From positions 1,280,001-1,344,000 of the forward strand of contig CAVOHZ010000010.1 in NCBI GenBank assembly GCA_963695855.1: a DNA stretch of 64,000 nt. The letters run 5' to 3'. Below, in pieces: positions 1 to 9,985 of the stretch (the stretch's first letter is position 1; every line of letters begins with the position of its first letter). Origin of the DNA: an uncultured Nitrososphaerales archaeon. Lineage in GTDB: Archaea > Thermoproteota > Nitrososphaeria > Nitrososphaerales > Nitrososphaeraceae. A program made the position numbers and the translations under genes. Under the pieces are notes generated by a model that was given only the letters and a program-made list of their open reading frames with translations, was not told the DNA's origin and searched no databases.

Positions 1-345
1 ATTACTCTAACACAAATGTTTCAGAAAAATTTGAATTCATTCTAATCTATTTTTAAAAAAATACTCCTGGTATGGGGATAGAGGGGTCTTGTTAAGTGGG
101 TGATTTTGGGAGTGGTGTGGGGTTTTAGTAAATATTTTTTGTGGGATGGCTCTGTTTATTAGCATTAGTTGCCTGATGGGGTTCATATGTTTACGATTTA
201 TTTTTAGTGGAATTTTCGTTAATATTTTATTTAATAAAATATAACGGAAAAAGTTTTTAGTTCAATCAGAGATTTTTAACTAGTACTGCCAAGATTGATA
301 TGGAGTATGTTTAGAGTTGCAATTTTATGATTTAATTTATAGTCG

Positions 346-434
346 ATAGAGTCCGCGAGTTGAGCGCCGGGAGTGGGGACTCGAATTCAGAAGAAGTACG
401 ACGGGATTTGTAAGGAATAATATCGCTAGAGTAA
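346..434 (-). repeat. tRNA(Ser)-like 3'-end remnant (att-like site) plus arm
   Basis: + strand GCGCCGGGAGTGGGGACTCGAA is the reverse complement of a T-loop/T-stem/acceptor 3' strand; its arm (AGAAG.AGTAC...ATATCGCTAGAGTAA) is shared with 1638-1702. Confidence 0.7.
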
Positions 435-766
435 TATTTTTTGTTGTAGTGATTACATTTTCCATTTCAGTGAAACCTCACTAAACTGAACTAAAAAGAA
501 TATTCGTCATTCTTACAGGATACTATTGCAGTATCTTTTACAGAACTTGTTAGAAATGTTCTGAAACTGTGTTTTATTACTTATAAAAACAATCTTACAT
601 TACAAAAAATAATTTAAATTTCCCACTAAGCGATTTAGTAACTTATTCCTGATGAGGTAAATTTATACACTCATTTCTAAAAGTAATTTTTTAACTTAAA
701 AAATGAATAACATTTTTAAACACTTAAGTAACATGGTCTGGAAAAATATCTTATAGGAGGGAGAAA

Positions 767-970
767 ATGAAGAGAGAAAATGAAGAATTAAAAGATAAGG
801 GAAAAAAGGCCAAGATTTATGGTGATCAAACCTTGGAAAATATAAAAAAATATTATAATATAGAAGATCATGAAGATTTATTAAAATTTATCAAGTTAAA
901 TCGATTAGTTATTAACCTTGATAATTATTATGATGAAGATAATGATATTATTATAAATGAATCAATCTAA
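767..970 (+). CDS. hypothetical protein
   Basis: 67-aa ORF preceded by GGAGG. Confidence 0.5.
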   Translation: MKRENEELKDKGKKAKIYGDQTLENIKKYYNIEDHEDLLKFIKLNRLVINLDNYYDEDNDIIINESI

Positions 971-1021
971 ACAATAATGTTAATTTAATTTTTCAGTTGC
1001 TAATAACAGATAATATTTTAT

Positions 1022-1387
1022 TTAACCAAGAAGAGTTAGTTTTGCACATATAGCAAAACCTGTATGCGCGCAATCATCTGTCTGGCATAAGGTACAGAAT
1101 GGGACACCATCAGTAAAAACAACCTCAATATCTAAATTCTTGAGGTTATCATAAAGTAATATTTTGTTTTTTTTCTCTAAAATTCCGGTCAGAGATAAGT
1201 GTATATTCCTTCTGTTATCTTCACCACAATTTCCATCTCTAATTGATAGCCAGTGAGTAAAACATTCTATACCCTCCTCCGCGCTGTTATTTTTAATTTC
1301 TGATATGGCAAATTCATCATTGACACTATTGTTGGTTTCAGGTAATACTGACATTAATTTATTATTCCTCTCTGCCTCTTCTTTCAA
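1022..1387 (-). CDS. hypothetical protein with C-terminal CxxC-x4-CxH motif
   Basis: PFCTLCQTDDCAH motif, putative Zn binding. Confidence 0.6.
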   Translation of the reverse strand: MKEEAERNNKLMSVLPETNNSVNDEFAISEIKNNSAEEGIECFTHWLSIRDGNCGEDNRRNIHLSLTGILEKKNKILLYDNLKNLDIEVVFTDGVPFCTLCQTDDCAHTGFAICAKLTLLG

Positions 1388-1637
1388 TTAGAAAGAATCG
1401 ATATCTATTCAGCAAATTTTATTGTGTTATACCTATAGTAAATGCCGTATTTGAAGATTTCTTTTGTACCAGTAACAACTATTGAATAGAACAAAAATTG
1501 TACAAAACTCATTGGGAATGATATAAGAGTAATGTATTTGAATATTAGAAGATATTCCCTCCGTTCTAGGAGCAACCACGAATATGAATGTAGAAGGACA
1601 GAGTATGAATATATCAGTCTTCAAATTCGCAAGATTT

Positions 1638-1702
1638 GGGAGAAGTGGGACTCGAACCCAGAAGGAGTACACAGGGGTTTATACGAAATATCGCTAGAGT
1701 AA
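1638..1702 (-). repeat. tRNA(Ser)-like att remnant, copy 2
   Basis: AGTGGGACTCGAACCC followed by the arm shared with 369-434. Confidence 0.7.
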
Positions 1703-1791
1703 AAAACCAAATGATAACCTCCTTATTCTAGACTATAAGAGTAAATTTAGAGAATTAGAATTTAATGATAACGTAAATTATTTTATAATGA

Positions 1792-1839
1792 ATAGACTCC
1801 GCAAGTTGAGCGACGGGAGTGGGACTCGACACCACAGAA
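1792..1839 (-). repeat. tRNA(Ser)-like att remnant, copy 3
   Basis: GACTCCGCAAGTTGAGCGACGGGAGTGGGACTCGACACC, similar to 346-390 and 32069-32109. Confidence 0.7.
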
Positions 1840-1985
1840 TTATCCTAGTTATAATAGTCTCAATATCACGTATTTCTCTTACGTGGTTTCTTTACAATTT
1901 AAATTGTAATAATTTCACAAAAATGATATTTTAGTAAGGAATTATATAATATTTTGAATTGTTGTGTTTTCTGTGAAGTACATAC

Positions 1986-2068
1986 CAAATCATTTGATAT
2001 AGTAGAGCCTTGATATTATACGGTTCCGGAGGGCTTCGAATTCTCATTATAGCAGGGTTCGATAACAT
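1986..2068 (-). repeat. tRNA(Lys)-like att site, arms L1+R1
   Basis: AGAGCCTTGATATTATA-CGGTTCCGGAGGGCTTCGAA-TTCTCATTATAGCAGGGTTCGATAACAT. Confidence 0.75.
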
Positions 2069-2310
2069 GCTATTTAAATTTCTGAATTTGTCAAAACCAT
2101 TTTTCTCTATAATTTGATTAATATTCCAATCCTTATTTTTCCAGACATGGCTTGCCCATAAATTCTTGGTTAATTCTACTAAATCGGATTTTGCCATTTT
2201 ACGAAGATTTTGTGGCGACAAATTTGATTTAAAATAATTCAAATGGTCCCGGTGGTCTTGCATCTCTTTTTTCCCATTCTCAGAATCAAGCCATTTTTGG
2301 AATTCTATTC
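2069..2310 (-). pseudogene. gene fragment truncated at the att-like site
   Basis: Protein-like frame (KWLDSENGKKEMQDH...NGFDKFR) runs straight into the repeat arm. Confidence 0.4.
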
Positions 2311-2626
2311 AATATTTTTTCAGTATCGTTTTTTCTTCATCTGATGACTTGGCTTGTTGCACAAATGAATTATTGTGGACTTCTTTAAATGATATTCTAA
2401 TTCAACCCATTTAATTGCTAAACAGGAAATTTGAGATAAATAATGACATTTATATTCAGATTTAAAAATACAAAAATGTAGTAATAGAAGGCATGATATT
2501 ACTTTATTACAATGAACTTGACACAATATAGTAGGTATTAACAGGTATCAAATGGAAATAAAAGATAGATAAATGAAAATATAATACCGAACTGTTTATT
2601 AACCCATTTTTTAATTGAATCCCAGA

Positions 2627-3240
2627 ATGGAAGTTCCAAGCTTGAATAAATTTGAAAAACACGATTAAGTAATAAGGTTACATGAGGAAGGAAAGACATA
2701 TAGTGAAATAGCCCATATCGCTCACGTATCGATAAGGGATATAAAACCTATAATAAAAAATATGAAAAATCAACCTTAAAATCAGGTAAAGATAAAAATA
2801 AAAAAAGAAGGTTATCACAAGGTAGTCAGGCTTTCAAGTTATTTCAAGAAGGCAAATCTGCTCTAGATGTAGCCATTATTTTGGATTTAAAATTCAGTAA
2901 AGTTGACATATTATGGAGAGAATATTTATTTTTATCAAGTAACGCAGAATTTTTCTATATTTATGAGGACAATAAACCTCGTATAAACTATTTGCTTAAG
3001 ATAAATCGATTCTTAAAAGAAAACAATATCCCATACAAAAATATTTCTGAAATCTGGCAGACTGCCAATTCCATAAATAATTTGCTTTCTACTTACTCTA
3101 ATCTTAAAGATACAGTAGAAAAATTACAACGGAGTAAAAATAATTTTCAAAATATTAATAATCAAGGTATAATCGAGAGAATACCAAATCCTGGTCCTTG
3201 TCCATATGGACCACCCATCACATGGAGATTTCGAACATAG
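2627..3240 (+). pseudogene. frameshifted HTH-domain protein
   Basis: Upstream frame HEEGKTYSEIAHIAHVSIRDI is HTH-like and out of frame with ORF 2881-3240. Confidence 0.5.
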
Positions 3241-3409
3241 ACAAAGAATCCATCGTGGCATTGTAGGGAAAATTATTGAATTCATTTGTAAAACTCATTT
3301 GTGGAATTATTTCTCTTAAATTAGGAATACCTCGAGTTGGTTTTCCATTAATATTTTGATGAATGATTATTTTAAAGTAATCGTTATTATTGTTTAATAT
3401 TGCTGATGT

Positions 3410-3478
3410 TAGCTGTCTATTAACATCATTACTAATCTCTTCTACCTTTTTCAATACAGTTTCAAGTTTTTGAGGCAT
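3410..3478 (-). pseudogene. N-terminal stub of a putative tyrosine integrase
   Basis: MPQKLETVLKKVEEISNDVNRQL resembles the stubs at 47.0 and 48.8 kb; starts about 60 bp from an att-like core. Confidence 0.5.
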
Positions 3479-3518
3479 TTTAGATGTCTCTCCTTCTTCT
3501 ATTATTACAATACCCATG

Positions 3519-3586
3519 TATATGAACCCCGATATTATACGGGCTCGGAGGTGTGTGAACTGATTTTGACACAATTTTGTAGTTCA
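3519..3586 (-). repeat. tRNA(Lys)-like att site, arms L2+R2
   Basis: TATATGAACCCCGATATTATA-CGGGCTCGGAGG-TGTGTGAACTGATTTTGACACAATTTTGTAGTTCA. Confidence 0.8.
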
Positions 3587-3829
3587 AAAGTATTTAAAAA
3601 AAATTTATAATATTATTGAATATTGCAATAGTCACCCATATTTTAATCTAAATCTAAAAAGATGGATAAAGTAAGTAAGCATTATCTCATTGAGAAATAA
3701 TATTTCTTTTCTAACAAAAAGTAAAATAATCAAAATATGTCATTAAACAAGATTACAGAAGAAAGGGAAAAAGAAAAAGGAGAAAGGGAAAAGGAATAGA
3801 TATGAAATTAAATTTTATAAAATAGTATT

Positions 3830-4489
3830 TTATTCAGGATGACCATGTCCTGCTTGTGGGTTATATGGTATAAAGTAGTTATTTAAGAATCTATGATCAA
3901 TTCCTGCAGATACTATATGTTTATCTTCTGGCATAGGTCCTTTATCTAGTATAAATGCAGCAGGTACTGCTATATGCTTGAACCAAGCAACTAATTCAGG
4001 ATGTTTTTCACCATTGTCCGTTCTTATCAGATCATGATAGTGAACATATCCTTGTTTAGCAAATTCATATGCAGTTGTATTTGTCCAAGGAGCAATTAAA
4101 ACATCAACTACATACAATAACTCATTACCTTTTGCATCAGATGACCACCAATTCTCTTCTCCAAAAGGACCTATATTATAATGTAATCCATACAGGTGAG
4201 TCGGTGAGTTTTGCCACCAATAGTGGCCAGGTGCATCTTTTGTACCATTGGCACCGTCTGCTGGGCCATCAAAATAATATCCTACACCATCCAGTTTAAT
4301 TACTATTCCATGAGTAAAAGTTTGTGAGTTTTGATAATTGGTTTCATTATTAGTAGATGAAGATATTCCAGAGGAATAATCGGTAGTTAAATTTTGGGCA
4401 GATACATTGTTGTTATTATTAGTAATCAAGATTCCTGATATAATTGCAATAGTCGTTATTATGATTATGAAATTTAATGATTTGTTCAT
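3830..4489 (-). CDS. secreted/membrane-anchored His-rich hypothetical protein
   Basis: N-terminal hydrophobic helix; GHYWW, GLHYN, VHYHD, FKH motifs; likely start MNKSL. Confidence 0.7.
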   Translation of the reverse strand: MNKSLNFIIIITTIAIISGILITNNNNNVSAQNLTTDYSSGISSSTNNETNYQNSQTFTHGIVIKLDGVGYYFDGPADGANGTKDAPGHYWWQNSPTHLYGLHYNIGPFGEENWWSSDAKGNELLYVVDVLIAPWTNTTAYEFAKQGYVHYHDLIRTDNGEKHPELVAWFKHIAVPAAFILDKGPMPEDKHIVSAGIDHRFLNNYFIPYNPQAGHGHPE

Positions 4490-4590
4490 GTACTCTAGAA
4501 GAATCAACAATTCTTATAAAACCTTCTTTATCTAATTCATTAAAGAGGTAAAATCTATTTGAGATATCAGAATCCATAGTTAATATTGCA

Positions 4591-5154
4591 TTGTTAAATC
4601 CCAAAGCTCACTACCATTCTTACGCTTTCGCTCACCCTGCTAATATAAAGAAATTAATAATTATGGATTTCCCATATCCAGGTTTTCTACCGCCTGAGTT
4701 TGGTGAGAATGGACCTTGGTGGTTTGCTTTTCATCAGACACCTAATTTGCCCGAATTTCTGGTAGAAGGTAAAGAACGAGAATATATATCATGGTTCTTT
4801 AAAGAGTTAGCATATAATCCATCTGCAATTACCGAAGAAGATATAGATATATTTGTAAACCATTTTTCAGCACCTGGTACAGCGTGTTCGGCATTTGAAT
4901 ATTTTAGAGCTTTTACAATTGATGCAGAACAAAATATAGAATCAGCCAAAACTAAGATAACAATACCTGTATTAGCATTAGGTGGTGATATTTATCCAGG
5001 GTTAGGTGGTGATATACCTGGCAACTTTGCAACAAGCTCCTTACAATCATTAGCTACTAATGTAACTGGAATCACTGTTCCACTCTCAGGACACTGGATT
5101 CCTCAAGTGCGACCGGACTTTGTAATAGACCAGCTATCTAAATTCTTTGACTAA
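4591..5154 (+). pseudogene. alpha/beta hydrolase (epoxide hydrolase-like), 5'-truncated
   Basis: WWFAFHQ, FEYFRA and SGHWIP motifs; nucleophile region missing. Confidence 0.75.
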
Positions 5155-5181
5155 AATAAGAATATCAAAGCTAATGAAATA

Positions 5182-5271
5182 ATGAAGAAGATTGAAGGAA
5201 AAATTATAGTTATTACTGGTGGAAACAGTGGCATTGGTCTAGCTACTACAAAGAGATTTCTTTCAGAGGAA
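5182..5271 (+). pseudogene. short-chain dehydrogenase N-terminal fragment
   Basis: MKKIEGKIIVITGGNSGIGLA Rossmann motif, then breaks off. Confidence 0.75.
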
Positions 5272-6107
5272 CTGAATCTATAACACGATTAAATCTGTAG
5301 TTATTTTATATTGTGAAATACCGTTAAGTTTGGTGATACTTTTTGAATGATCTGCTAATCTAATTTGTTTGGATTACTATTTATTCAATATTAAACGAAA
5401 ATTTCTTTGTTTCAATAAAGATGATTATATTTTATGCATGTGTATCCCTATTTTTTAATAATTTCTTATCTATAAAATACGGAGGACTGAGCTGCTCCAA
5501 ATTTTTTGTGTGTACTAATTTTTTTGTTAATAAAACACCTGCTATGTGTTGATTATATAAAAATATAAAATATATTCTATTTTAAACGAATGTTAGGTAT
5601 AAACGAATGTTAAGTATAAACAAAGAAAACATGAACATTTACCTGTATTTTATTTCTATCTTTCTTCCTTCTTTTGGAATATCCCTATTAAGTATCATCA
5701 ATAGTTATTCTTTGTTTATTTATAATCAAGATACAAATAAATTTTAACAATAATTGTTATTAAATCAAAAAAAAAATTTTCCAAGTAGATTATCTTATGT
5801 ATTTATAAAAAAAATATTTGTTTATTTATTAATAATAGAATTTCCAAAAAAGCCGAGGTCAGATAAATTTAAATCACTTTTTGAACATTTGTTTCATCAT
5901 TAACAAAAAAGACCTACTAAAGGTTAAATCAATATAATATATCTCATCTCAATCATTCTATATGAAAAGAACGTTAAGTATAAACAAAGGACAAAACAAC
6001 AACAATCTCTTCAATTTAAAATACGTAAACAGATATTATGATGGAATACCAAATAAATATTAGAAAAACCAATTAAATCATTATTCAGTTAAGGATTTGA
6101 CTATTAC

Positions 6108-7100
6108 TAAGTTATCAAATTTAACCAATCAATATTTTTTGTATAATTATGTACAAATTGTTTCAAAAAACTCCAAAAATGATGTGAATGTCCTTGAACT
6201 TTTAGATGGCATAATTCATGTATTATTATATCATCAATAATATCCTCTGGAGCTTTAAATTCCTATTCGATTTTATAGTATCTTTTTTGGGTGGTGTTAA
6301 GTTAATGGAAGAGCTATACCTGTGAATGTTCTATTCTAACAATATATGTTGTTAAGATTTGTCAGAAATAGAACGTCCACTATTATTGTAATGTACTCTT
6401 TGTATTTGTACTTTCTTGGTCTCACTCTACGAAATACATCTAAAGCACTGGAACCTTTTAAGGATAAAAATAGAAGTCATGTACAGTTTGGGAATGGATC
6501 CAACGTTTTGGTTCATTACAGATTTACAAGAGAAAAAGAGTTTAGCATTCATCCTAGATGAAATAATAATTCAGATTGGTAACCAGGATTTCTAGTTGTG
6601 GATCTGTATTCAACCTGTTGAAAAATGTGCTTGCAATCTATATTTCTGAAGAAAGAAACATGTTTGTAGCAGAGAATTTTATCCGATCTCTTGTATCAAG
6701 ATATAGTAGACATACAGTTTACACCGATGGAGGAACATGGTACCCTCAAGCCTGTAATTTTTTACATTTGAAACATAGATTGCATTTACATTTGGATGAG
6801 AGTTTTATAGAAAGGGTAATGCAGTATTTTAAGGATAGAACAGAATCCTTTGATGATTACTATCCATGTATCAACCAAAAGAGAAATTGTGATCTACAAT
6901 ATGTATACGATTGGATCAAACTATTCATTTATCTGTATAACGCAAAAGCTAGAAATACATTTCCATTCAATATTGGAGGTGAAATAATCTTAACTTAACA
7001 GGATCCTTTTTTGGTAACACTTCCCCATCTATTTCTTAAACTCTTTAAGATTATCCTGTTTGGAGTACAATCTTCAATTATTTTACTATATTTTTTTATT
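6108..7100 (-). pseudogene. YgjP/M48-like metallopeptidase remnant interrupted by IS6
   Basis: LRNRWGSVTKK (right of IS) joins APEDIIDDIIIHELCHLKVQGHSHHFW (left of IS). Confidence 0.7.
6290..7005 (+). mobile_element. IS6-family insertion sequence with frameshifted transposase
   Basis: Imperfect 16-bp terminal IR sharing TGTTAAGTTAA; 8-bp flanking direct repeat CTTTTTTG (6282-6289, 7006-7013); DDE motifs LDE, YTDGG, IER in split ORFs. Confidence 0.9.
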
Positions 7101-7138
7101 TTTGTAAAAGTTCTTTTGCTTTTTGACTTAACATGTTA

Positions 7139-7196
7139 ACGGGCTCGGAAGGCTTCGAGTATGACATGCAGTTGGGATCGGTTTTCTGTTATTTTA
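7139..7196 (-). repeat. tRNA(Lys)-like att site, arm R3
   Basis: CGGGCTCGGAAGGCTTCGAGTATGACATGCAGTTGGGATCGGTTTTCT; arm shared with 32288-32342. Confidence 0.75.
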
Positions 7197-7203
7197 TTTT
7201 ACT

Positions 7204-8205
7204 TTATTTTATCGATTTTAAATTCAAAGTATAAACTATATCATTATACCATTTTCTTAAAACTGAATCAGATATTCCTATTGATTTTGCAATTTCTCTT
7301 TGTGTTTTTGTTTTTCCTTTTTTACCGTTATAATCCTCATCAAATTTACAAGCAGCATATACAGTTGAAGCAGCAATTGCTATTGGATTTTTTCCTTCGT
7401 GAATCATATTTCGTTTTACATCTGCCATGATTTGTAATGCTTTACGTTCTGTACTCTCATTTAAATTCATTTTATTTGTTATTTTTATAATACATTTCAT
7501 TGGATCTATAAGAGGTACGGTCTCTAAACCAAATTCAATGACAAGAATTCTATAATAATGTGAAATAGTTCTTATCTTTACATTAGTTGCTTTTGAAATC
7601 TCTTTTAGTGTTGTGGGTCTTTCAAATTCTTTACATGCTAAATAAATTGAAGCAGAAACTATTCCATCCATTGTTCTTCCACGTACAATTCCCAATGTTT
7701 GTGCTTTTTTATAAAAGTAAAATGATTTTTTTATTATAGCATCTGAAATACCAAGTTTGTATTTTAATTTATTCAGTTGTACAAAAGCATATTTTAAATT
7801 TCTGTCTGTTGCATTATTATATCTTGTTCTTTGCTCCAATACTCTCAATTTATTTATAATGTTCTCCATATCTGTTCCAATTTTTCTTCCTGTAGCATCC
7901 ACATTAGTTCTTCCTATGATTGTAGGCGATTCAATATTATAGGGTAGAATATTCCTTGTATTGTGAGACATCAGCTCATTATTAATTACCTGTGCAGTAC
8001 CGTTAACATTGTTCATCTCTTCATAAATTCGTGGTGAAGGACATTCATCATTCTTCTCATCAGATAAAACTTTACCGCATTTAACGCAAATTACTTCTCT
8101 CGTTTCAGGATCGGATATAGTTTTATAATTATCATTACAAATTAAACATAATGATCTTTTATCATTAATATTCTCGATACCATTCTCATAATTGTTATAA
8201 CTCAA
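7204..8205 (-). CDS. tfb: transcription initiation factor IIB (TFB) paralogue
   Basis: Zn ribbon CLIC...CVKCG, GRT.DGIVSASIYLAC, GKNP.AIAA, C-terminal HTH TQREIA. Confidence 0.95.
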   Translation of the reverse strand: MSYNNYENGIENINDKRSLCLICNDNYKTISDPETREVICVKCGKVLSDEKNDECPSPRIYEEMNNVNGTAQVINNELMSHNTRNILPYNIESPTIIGRTNVDATGRKIGTDMENIINKLRVLEQRTRYNNATDRNLKYAFVQLNKLKYKLGISDAIIKKSFYFYKKAQTLGIVRGRTMDGIVSASIYLACKEFERPTTLKEISKATNVKIRTISHYYRILVIEFGLETVPLIDPMKCIIKITNKMNLNESTERKALQIMADVKRNMIHEGKNPIAIAASTVYAACKFDEDYNGKKGKTKTQREIAKSIGISDSVLRKWYNDIVYTLNLKSIK

Positions 8206-8355
8206 TATTATTTAATACGTATAAAGATAATTTATGTATTTAATAGGTCATAAAATATTCAAGTTATTGATATCAATTTTTCATTACAGCAAAACTATCT
8301 TAGTTGAACCATAATTGAACCATCACCTTTAATAGCTCTTGTTTATTGTCAAAAC

Positions 8356-8949
8356 TTACCTTGTTACCGTTTCACAATCTACGGTTTTTCTGTCACCTTC
8401 CAGATTGTTAAAGTTTACTGCGATATCATTTCCTGGTCCACATATATAAAAATCAGCACCTGAATCACCAATCAAGGTATCATTCCCATTCCCTCCTATC
8501 AGTTTATCATCACCTTTATTTCCTTTAAGTATATCATTTCCATCTCCACCATCAAGTAGATCATCTCCTAAATTACCAACTATATCATCATCTCCTGCTC
8601 CACCATACAATTTATCGTTTCCAGAATCACCTATCAGCTCATCTTCACCTTCGTTTCCGTTCAATATATCATAACCCAATCCGCCGAACAAAATGTCATT
8701 GGCTTTTCCTCCATTTATGCAATCATTAGTAATACTTCCATGTATCATCGCTCTTGAAGAAGAAGCATTTATTACTTCATCACATTCGGATATATCAAAA
8801 ATACCTGATAAAGAAGAGGTTTGACCATCTATCGGTAAAGTATTATAAATGCTAAGAATGAATACAATAGAAATAACAATCGCAATTGCTATAGTTAGAA
8901 TAAAGGTAATAGATTTAGTGTAGAAATTTGATGTTATTTTTATTTCCAA
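8356..8949 (-). CDS. RTX/hemolysin-type Ca-binding repeat protein
   Basis: N-terminal TM helix and GGxGxDxL nonapeptide repeats. Confidence 0.9.
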   Translation of the reverse strand: MEIKITSNFYTKSITFILTIAIAIVISIVFILSIYNTLPIDGQTSSLSGIFDISECDEVINASSSRAMIHGSITNDCINGGKANDILFGGLGYDILNGNEGEDELIGDSGNDKLYGGAGDDDIVGNLGDDLLDGGDGNDILKGNKGDDKLIGGNGNDTLIGDSGADFYICGPGNDIAVNFNNLEGDRKTVDCETVTR

Positions 8950-9985
8950 TTATAAAATATAAATGATCAATCTATCTTTTAAGATATTTGTTTTTTGATT
9001 TGATCTATAAGATGTATACATTTGGGATTAAACCATTTGTATATAGATAAGAGAATGGGAATTGCAATTCCATTTCTCAAAAGAGGTGAATTATACACTT
9101 TTAGGAAAGATAATGATAGACAATTTTATTTCTAATTCATTCCAATTAACATTTCAGAAAATCTTTTAGAAAAATAGAAATGATTGGTGCTGATACAGAA
9201 AATCTGTAATACTAAAGTAATTAATGTTAGTTTTCATCTGTTATAAAATCTAGTAACTACCTTTGATAACTGAATACAATAGAAAATGATACAAAAAATG
9301 ATGTCGAACAATAATAATAGATTACAAAAAATGATTTTTTTGGGTGTGATAACAGTTACAACAATCTTCGTACTTGGAAATCTGGATGAAAATTTTGTAC
9401 AAGCGTATTCTCAAAAACAAGATCAAGAAGCGACCAATTTATCATCTATGAATTGACTGGAAAATTGGTTGTATTGCCACCATCACAACAACAGCAATCT
9501 CAATAATAACAATAATTAATTTCCAATTGCTTTTTTTTGTTTTTGTTGCTATTGTTTTACATATCATTAATTGTGTTATGCAAATTATCACATTGGTGAA
9601 GACATTAGATTTAAACAGTATAAGTAGAGACTGTCATACTGGTTTAAAGTTTTATTTCTATCAAAATATTCTTGACACATTTCCTGATTATCTAAATACA
9701 ATTTTTTGATGACGTACCATATCCAGTACTTTCGTATAACATTCGTAATGTCTAGTTATACAGATAACCAGATTCTAATATCTTACCATAATATCGTAAT
9801 GATCATGATTATATCACCTTTGAACACAAAAAACCTTAGATTAGAAAGGTCACTCATAACAAGGGGATTTCCAGTTGGGTCAGAGAATAGATAACAGGGA
9901 AGGACTTTTCTATGTATTCAAAGTATCTTGTACTATATACAGGAATAAAGTGAATCTAATATAAAAGATATAGTATATCTAAAAT

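Noticed and set aside
5583-5625. 17-bp tandem repeat AAACGAATGTTARGTAT with a partial copy near 5969
   Set aside because: Too few copies in AT-rich intergenic DNA to assign a function.
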